64,000 bases of DNA from Bacteroidales bacterium. Lineage in GTDB: Bacteria > Bacteroidota > Bacteroidia > Bacteroidales > UBA12077. The notes under the pieces were generated by a model. That model worked only from the letters and a program-made list of their open reading frames with translations. It was not told where the DNA came from and made no database searches. The stretch spans positions 201 through 64,200 of the forward strand of contig WTBR01000027.1 of NCBI GenBank assembly GCA_013138975.1, written 5' to 3'. Of this stretch, positions 1 through 8,700 are shown piece by piece (within the stretch, counting starts at the first letter, position 1; every line of letters starts with the position of its first letter). A program made the position numbers and the translations under genes.

Positions 1-206
1 TATCGTAATATTTAGATCACTTTTCTCTCAATCTTCAATATCATTTAAAATCTACACGATTTAAATTATAAATACTCCTAACATTAATAATATAACAATA
101 CACATTTGTTCGTTACAAAACTTTTAAAATTTAACTAATTTATTAACTTATGAAGTTATATTAATAATCATTAATATTTTCACCAGTATAAATACAATCC
201 TATTAA

Positions 207-250
207 TTTATTCCCCTCCTCTAATTTATTTGTAAAAAAAGGGGAATAAA
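207..250 (-). terminator. Putative stem-loop after the permease gene (possible operon end)
   Basis: Perfect 11-bp inverted repeat tttattcccct (207-217) / aggggaataaa (240-250) with a 22-nt loop, about 20 nt downstream of the TAA stop at 271-273. The loop is large and no clear U-tract follows on the minus strand, so support is weak. Confidence 0.3.
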
Positions 251-270
251 ATAAATTATACAGCAGAAGT

Positions 271-2643
271 TTACTCATATTTTAATGCTTCAACTGGATT
301 TATGTATGCAGCTTTTAAAGAATGATAAATTACTGATATGAATCCAAATAAAAATGTTATTATACTTGATAATATATAAATGCCAATTCCTATGTTGGTT
401 TTGAATACAAAGCTATTCAACCATTGTTTTACAAACCAATGAGATAATGGGATTGCAATAATGACTGCTATTAATATTAAAATAGCAATATCTTTATAAA
501 GCAAAAAGATTATTTGAGAAATAGATGACCCTAATTGTTTTCTTATTGCTATTTCTTTGTTTCTACTTCCAATCATATAAGATGATAAACCTATTAAACC
601 TAGACATGATAAGATAAAACATATAATTGAAAACATTTTTACCGTTTTAAACTGGTTTACTTCTCCATTATAAGCTTGTGATATATGCTCATCAATAAAA
701 GAATATTGAAACTCTACTTCCGGTACTATTTCTTCCCAAATAGACCGTATATCCTGAATTGCATTATCAACTTTATTTTCATTCATCCTTACATGTAAAT
801 GTCCTCCTGGATATAAAATCATCACAATTGGTTCTACCTCGTTATGTAATGAATTTATATTAAAATCTTTTAGGACGCCTATTATTTCACCAATCGGCCA
901 TGCAGAGAAAGCTCCTCCAATTGCTTTAATCTTTTTTCCTACACCATTTTCCCAGCTCATATGCTTAACAAAAGCTTCATTAACTACATATGCTGAATAT
1001 GTATCAGAATTAATATTCTTGTCAAATCCTCTCCCCTCAACAACATTCATTTCCATCGTTTCAATATAATCAGGATCTACGATTAACCAATAAAACATTT
1101 GAGCTTCAAATCCAGATTCAGATTCGATATTAAAGTTAGCAATTCCAATTTGTGAATTTGGCAATGTATAAGCAGTTGCTGCATTTTTAATATTTGGACT
1201 TTTAAAAAGGTTTTCTTTTAAAACAGATATTCTTGAATGATCAATTCCTCTTAAAGGAATTGAAATTAAGTTTTCCTTATTAAATCCAAGATCCCTGTTG
1301 TTAATATAATTAATTTGTTTGTTCATTACTAAAACACCAATCAATACACTTATTGAAAGAACAAATTGAACAATTATTAATGATTTTCTAAAAATGGAAT
1401 CCTTTTTTTTATGTTTATATCCTGAACTAACAGCACCTAATGAAGAAATCATTGATAAACGAAAAGCAGGATATAATCCTGAAAGAAACCCAACTATTAA
1501 AGATAATCCCAAAGCCATTAACAGTAATTTAATATTTTCATTAAACTTAAATTGAAGTCTTGAATCCAATATCATATATAAATAATTTGAATCTATAATT
1601 ATCCTAACTATTACTATCCCAATTATAAATGCAATAAAAGTTAATAACATTGACTCGAAAATAAAATAAATACGAAGTGTATTAAGGTTTGCTCCAAATA
1701 TCTTTTTTAATCCAATTTCTTTTGTTCTGTTTATTGAAAATGCTGTTGACATGTTAATATAGTTTGTAGCTGATATCAATACTATAAAAAGACCAACAAT
1801 TCCAAATATGTATATATAAATTTTATTACCTTGAGACAGATCTCTTGGTAACCCTGAATTAAAATGAATATCGGCTAATGGCTCCAAAATAATTTTCGCA
1901 TCAACTTTTATCCTTTGAGCTGCCTCTGACATATATTTGTCAAATAATTGTGGATACTTTTCATAAATATTTTCAACTTTAGCTTTTTTATTTAATAATA
2001 CATATGTAAAACAACTTGTATTAAACCAGCCTTCTCCAATTGCTTCATAACTAACTAATGCATCAAATTTTAAATGAATATTTTCAGGCAAGTTCTTTAT
2101 AACACCTGTAACCTCATAATTTAAAGTGTCAATCATTAAAGTTTGACCAATTGGATTTTTATTTCCAAAGTATTTTTTAGCCAAATTACTCACAATAACA
2201 ATTGAATTTTTCTTTTCTAAAAAGTCTTCAACATTTCCTTCTAAAAACTCATACGAAAAGATATCAAACACACTTGTATCCGCAAAGAAAATGCCATTCT
2301 CTTCGTACGTTATATCATTATATTTTACAATAGCATCATAAATTTTTCTATACCTAACAAATGAGATTACTTCTGGGCATTCATTTTTAATCATAGGTCC
2401 CATTCTCTCCGATGACAATGCTTTCTTCATTGATTGACCAGATTCAGTAGTAAATTCTGATCCAATTCTATAGATCTGTGAATGTTTTTTATGATACTTA
2501 TCGTAGTTTAATGAACTCTCTAAATAAAATAAAATTATTACACCACAAACAATGCCTAATGTGAGATTAATGATATTGAACAAAAAGTATTTTTTATTCT
2601 TCATCATAATCCTGAATGCTAACTTTAGATTTTTTTTAATCAT
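271..2643 (-). CDS. FtsX/MacB-family ABC transporter permease (long two-repeat form, 790 aa)
   Basis: Intact ORF. The N-terminus MIKKNLKLAFRIMMKNKKYFLFNIINLTLGI is followed by a TM helix, a large extracytoplasmic region, a central block of TM helices, a second extracytoplasmic region and a C-terminal FtsX-like TM block. This long form is the family expanded in Bacteroidota. No ATPase partner is present in the window. Confidence 0.85.
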   Translation of the reverse strand: MIKKNLKLAFRIMMKNKKYFLFNIINLTLGIVCGVIILFYLESSLNYDKYHKKHSQIYRIGSEFTTESGQSMKKALSSERMGPMIKNECPEVISFVRYRKIYDAIVKYNDITYEENGIFFADTSVFDIFSYEFLEGNVEDFLEKKNSIVIVSNLAKKYFGNKNPIGQTLMIDTLNYEVTGVIKNLPENIHLKFDALVSYEAIGEGWFNTSCFTYVLLNKKAKVENIYEKYPQLFDKYMSEAAQRIKVDAKIILEPLADIHFNSGLPRDLSQGNKIYIYIFGIVGLFIVLISATNYINMSTAFSINRTKEIGLKKIFGANLNTLRIYFIFESMLLTFIAFIIGIVIVRIIIDSNYLYMILDSRLQFKFNENIKLLLMALGLSLIVGFLSGLYPAFRLSMISSLGAVSSGYKHKKKDSIFRKSLIIVQFVLSISVLIGVLVMNKQINYINNRDLGFNKENLISIPLRGIDHSRISVLKENLFKSPNIKNAATAYTLPNSQIGIANFNIESESGFEAQMFYWLIVDPDYIETMEMNVVEGRGFDKNINSDTYSAYVVNEAFVKHMSWENGVGKKIKAIGGAFSAWPIGEIIGVLKDFNINSLHNEVEPIVMILYPGGHLHVRMNENKVDNAIQDIRSIWEEIVPEVEFQYSFIDEHISQAYNGEVNQFKTVKMFSIICFILSCLGLIGLSSYMIGSRNKEIAIRKQLGSSISQIIFLLYKDIAILILIAVIIAIPLSHWFVKQWLNSFVFKTNIGIGIYILSSIITFLFGFISVIYHSLKAAYINPVEALKYE

Positions 2644-2794
2644 TTTTAAACACGGTTTAATTATTAATTATTAATTACTTTATGAAAAACACCACTTATG
2701 CATATTACCTTATAATCAGAGTTTTAATTGCAAAAAACGAATCTTAGATTTTAAATATCGTCATCAATTAACTGATTTTAAATACAATTTAGAA

Positions 2795-5700
2795 TTATAA
2801 ATTAATTTCATTTAACAAAATATCCTCATTCGAAATGATCTTGTTAAATATACTTTTAAAATGATTTCCTAACTGATTTATAAAATCAATAGAATATGCA
2901 TTTTTATTATATTGGAAAGAAATCTCCAATTTATCGGCATTAAAAACACTTATATCTATGTTATAATAGATTGAATCAATAAGTTTAATTTGATCCAAGC
3001 TAATTCTGTTAGTATCAGAAGGACTATTGAAAATATTTTCAACCTCACTAAAATAATTATAACGTTGCATTCCAACGATACTTTTTGTAAATTTTAATTT
3101 TTCTGCTTTTAATTTTTTAATTGTATTAATTTGAATATAGCCATGCTTTTTGCATTTTTCAAGATTGGATTCGACAGTTTTGAGCAAATCAATAAATCGA
3201 AAAGTTGGGTCAAATTGAATTTTAATTGGGATAATATTACTGAATGAGCCTACTGCACTGCATAGTCCTCGAATTTCATCTTGTCTTCCACTTAAAATCG
3301 CTCCAAAAACAACTTCATTCTTATTATATAATTTTGAAAGTATTATTCCCCATACTGAATAAAATATAGTCATAAATAATACATTTGAATTTAAATAAAA
3401 TTTATTAAGTAAATGTGTTTGTTGTTCGTTTAAAAAATCTTTATAAATTCCTTCCTCAAAAATTGAAGTTTCAGAATTAAGTTTTTTAAATTCTGATAAA
3501 TCAGTAAAACAATTAACATCTCTCAAATAGTTAACCCAAAACTTCTCGCTTTCAGCATAATCCTGATTTTTGACCCATTCGCAGTATCTTTGATATTGCA
3601 CAGGTCTCTTCAAAGATATTTCCTTTCCACATAAAATCAGTTGGTATATTTCTAATAATTGCTTCATTAAAATATTGATAGACATCGCATCCATTATTGC
3701 TTGATGCGAACTTATAATCATTCTATATTCTTTATTTTTGATCTTAAGAATGGTAACCCTAATTAAAGTATCGTTACTGAGATCAAATCCTTTTTCTTTA
3801 TCTTTTTGTTCATAATTCATTAATATTGATTCTAAATCATTAATATTATCCTTTTCAGATACATTATGATATAAAAAATCTATTTTACGTTCCTTTAAAA
3901 CCACTTTTAATGGCTGATTTGAATTACTAATATAAAAAACGGATCTTAATGTTTCATGACGTTTTAATAATTCATTAAAACTTTTCTCAAGAATCAAAAT
4001 ATTAATATCACCAGAAATTCTACAACTAAATTGAATTAAATTTGAATTTCCATAAACGTCCGCAGGTAAAACACTTAACTGCATAGGTGTTAATTTATCA
4101 ATATCTTCAATTTCAAATTTTGAACTTAAAAAATCAATTTCATTTAATGATATATTTTTATATGTGAAATCTGAAGAAACAGGAATTATTTTAGAATTTC
4201 TGGTGGAATAATCAACAATATTGATTAAAGAAACTTTATAATGATTAATTAAATCTGAAATCTGCCTTTCACTATAGTACTTTTTCTTATAATTTAGGGA
4301 TACTGTTAGTGCCCCTTTAGCTATCATGCAATTAAACGCTAAGTCTATATTGGTTTTTCTATTAGAACTTATAGAATCACCACCATATTCTTTAGCAATA
4401 CTAAACTGTTTCATTTGTTCAACTTCTGTGTCAAATTGTCCTAAATAGTTAAATATAATTTTTGGCTCATTTTCAAAACAGAGACCTTCTATTAATTCAG
4501 TCTTACTCAAGTGTTTTAAAACTCCATATCCAATTCCTTTATCTGGTACTCGTTGCAAATTTTCTTTTATACTATTTATTTGCATCGAAAGATTATCAAT
4601 ATATTTCATTTCAAGTAGTATTGGATACTTTGTAGTAAACCATCCTATAGTCCTACTTATATCAATATCTGGAAACAATTCTTCACGCCCATGCCCCTCA
4701 AGATAAACCAGTATATTCTCATTTCCTAAGGCTTCCCTAATTCCACAACCTAATCCGCAAAGAAGAATATCATTTATCTCGGTACTATTTGATCCATTTA
4801 TTTGAGTTAACAGTTTATTTGTTATTGTTGCACTTAGAGTAAATTGTTTATTTCCTATTTCATTATCACCAATGTTTTCATCATCAATATCGTGGTTTAA
4901 TGATAATCGATCTCTGTCAAGAATATTTTTCCAATATGTTCTTTGTTCGAGTAATTTTTTACTTTCTGCGTACTCTGTCAGTTTATCAGACCAATCTTTA
5001 AACGAATTACTTTTCGGAGGTAATTTTGGCTCATCTCCCGTTGATAATTTTTTATATAGAGTTTCAATATCCTCAAATATTATTCTCCATGAAATCCCAT
5101 CTGTTACTAAGTGATGAATTACAATTAAAAGTCTATCACCGTCTGATAAATGGAATAAACCTAACTTCATCAATGGTCCATCTTCTAAATTTATGGATCG
5201 TTGTATCTGATTTGCATAAAATGTTAAATTTTCATCTACATTACTATTGTCTTCTAGATTATAAACCTTAAGTGAAATTGGAGAACCTTCTGAATCCTTA
5301 TTATTTAAAACATATTCCCCGTCTTGGTATTTACATATTATTCTCAAAGCATCATGATGTTCTTGCAACTTCAAGATCACTTTTTCCAATATTTTCTTAT
5401 CCAGCCTTTTAATTGAATGTAGTAAAACTGATTGGTTATGATGATTTAAATCAGTTGTATCTTTAAAGAAATGGTGTTGAGCTGGAGTCTTTTTAATAAG
5501 GCCACTTACCGCAACTTGAGAAACTTCGTTCGCTTTTAGTGTAATTCGTGGTGCTAAATCCGAAATAGTAGGGAATTCAAATATACTTTTAACAGTAGTT
5601 CTATAGCCTGCTTTATTCATTCTAGCCTGAATCTGTATTGCTTTTATTGAATCCCCACCTATTTGAAAGAAGTTTTTATTAATTCCAATATTTTCTATAT

Positions 5701-8700
5701 TAAGCACTGTACTCCAAACTTCTGCTAATTTTCTTTCAATTTCGTTTCTTGGAGCTACAAAGCCATCATTTATTGATATATTAGGTATAAATAAAGATTC
5801 TTTGTCAATTTCTCCCTTTTCATTTCTCGGCATATTTCTAACAACAATAAAATATTCAGGAATAAACAATTCTGAGTATTTTTGCAGGAAAACATTTTTT
5901 AATCTTAATACTAACTGGCTTTCCTTTTTTAAATCAGATTGATCCTTAAACTCCACATAACAGTACAATTCACCTGATTCATCATGTAATATAATTACTA
6001 AATCAAGAACAAATTCTGATTCTTTTAAATATTTTTCTACTTCATCTAAATAAAAGTAATAATTTCTAACTTTCTTTTTAGAAGAATCTGATTTCAAAAA
6101 CTCAATATTTCCATCAGACATTAATCTTCCAATATCTCCACTAATATATATTAAATTATCTCCAAAGGGATTAGAAATAAAATTTCGTTTATTTTCATGT
6201 GAATATTCACTAAATAGTGTATTTATAGCAATTTTACCTGGCATTCCAATACCACATTTGTTCCTATTTTCATCAAGTATGGTCAGGTTTGAAAAAGAAT
6301 TTCCTTTTCCAATAACAGGTATTGATATGTTTGAATTCTCCTGTGTAATCTCATAACCTGAATTAATCATTGAAGTTAACTCAGTACCATATAAATTTAT
6401 AAATTTTGTATTTTTAGAATACTTACCATTCTTTTGTAGAATATCATTTAATGTCAATTGACTATTATAAAAAAATAAATATTGTAAATTGATTATTTGA
6501 TTATTTGATTCCGAATATAATTTATGAAAGAAAGAATTAGAACAAGTTATTAAATGACTTATATTAAACTTATTAATTAAAAAGGGCAGATCATAATTTC
6601 TCAGATTCAAATTTACAGGTTTACCTTCATTCTTATTTATTTTCTGATAATTAAAATCAAAACCTGCACTCCAAAATTTTTCAATTTTTCTGTACAAATA
6701 TGGTAAATCTGAGTCTTTATTATTTTGATGTTTTGTTAAATCATATAGCGAATATTTAGATTTGTCAAAATTTGCATGTTGTTTTACAAGTTGTATCAGA
6801 TTTTGTCCAGGGCCAATCTCTAATAATATTAATTTTTTATCTGTTAATATTTGAGATAATCCGGCGGAAAAATTAACTGTTGATCTTAATTGATTAAACC
6901 AAAAATCGTTGCTAAGATCTTCTTTCGATTTAATAATAGAACCTTTAAAACAAGTAATATAATCAATTTGAGGGTCTTTAATTGTTATTTCTTTTGAAAT
7001 TTCCTTAAAATCATCCTCAATCAAATTCATAAGTGAAGAATGGCTAGCTTTGTCAAAGTTCAATCTAATATATAATATTCCACTCTTATTTAATTCTTCT
7101 TCCAGATCAGTGATTTCATTTGTTAGTCCAGAAATAATACAATTTTCAGGTCCATTTATAGCTGCTATAGAAATTGAACCAAATAATAATTTGTTTATTT
7201 CATCAGCTGAGATGAATACATTTGTCATAGCCCCGTCTGGGGTTTTTAGCATTAATTTACTTCTTGTAACTATTAATTTCAGAATATCCGATAACGCAAC
7301 CACTTCTGCTATAGAAGCTGCAACATATTCACCAAAACTGTGTCCAATCAAAGCGGTTGGTTTTATTCCCCAACTGATAAGTAATTTTGAAAGGGAATAT
7401 TCATAGATAAATTTTATTGGAGCACTATAGGTTATAGATTTGAATTTATTCTGACTCTCTTTAAAATCAATATCTATAGGGTATAATACTGATTTAAGAT
7501 CAACATCCATAATTCTATTTAAAATGTCAAAACAATTATCAATTGTTTCTTTAAAGAAAGGTATATTTTCATATAAATCTCTACCCATATTAACATACTG
7601 TGAACCCAATCCAGAGTACATAAAAACAATATTAGTATCAGCAAATTCGTTAGTTGTACTAACATCAGAATCGATATTATATTTCGTTATACATTTCTGC
7701 AGATCATTAATACTATTTGATATGAAAGCCTTTTTGAATTGTAATGCTTTACTCTGGCATAAAGTATAAGATAAATCATTTATTTTAAGGTTTCTTTTTC
7801 TTTGTATAACTTGTTTTAAATTTTTTATACGATTATCTAAACCTAATTTAGTCGCAGATGATAATGGGATAAAATAATACTTTCCGTTATCATTTTCATA
7901 AGAATCTATTTGTGTAAGGACAGGCTCATCGTCCTCAAAACGTAAATTAAAATCTTGTTTTAAGTTATTTGTGTAATCAAGATTTAGATCTGTAATACAA
8001 ATTACTCCTCCACAAAATATGATTGACATTATTTCTAGTAAATTGAAAGAAACATCAAAATCAGAAGATAAAATGGTTTTTGGTGTAGTTTCAATCTTAT
8101 ATTTTTGAATAAACCAATATAGCAATGATGATAAATTCTCGTTTGTAATAGATGTTTTTATTATTTCATTCTTTTTTGAGTAAGTATTAAATATTGCAAT
8201 TTTGTCACCAGGTAAATAGTCTATTTCTATTTCAGTAAAATTTACATATGCTTGTTCAATAACTTCTTCGTATATAAATGAAAACTTATGATCTGTTATT
8301 GAATTACTAATTACTAAATCAACATCTTCTATTTTGACTGGAATCACATCACTTTTAGGAACATATGCGCATCCCGCCTTAATTACACCAAGTATTGAAA
8401 TGATCATCTCAATTTCATCACCCAGAAAAACACCTACTTTACTTCCTTTCTCAAAGTTCCTTTTAATGTAATTAGATATTATTGAAGCCCTTTTATTTAT
8501 TTCAGAGTAAGTTATCTGAATATCATCTTTTATTATTGCAATTCTGCCAGAATGGATATTAAATATTTCTTTTAATTCCATTTGAACTGGAATATTGTGT
8601 GTGTTTTTATTTTCGAAACTAAGAAATTCTTGAATAAGGTTTTCTTTCTCTATTGAATTTATTAAATCAATATCTACAATTTTTTGATTCTGGTTAATTA

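Noticed and set aside
2740-2750. 11-bp near-palindrome aatcttagatt in the gap between the last NRPS gene and the permease, considered as an operator site
   Set aside because: It is too short, and palindromes like this are expected by chance in such AT-rich DNA. There is no second copy elsewhere in the window.
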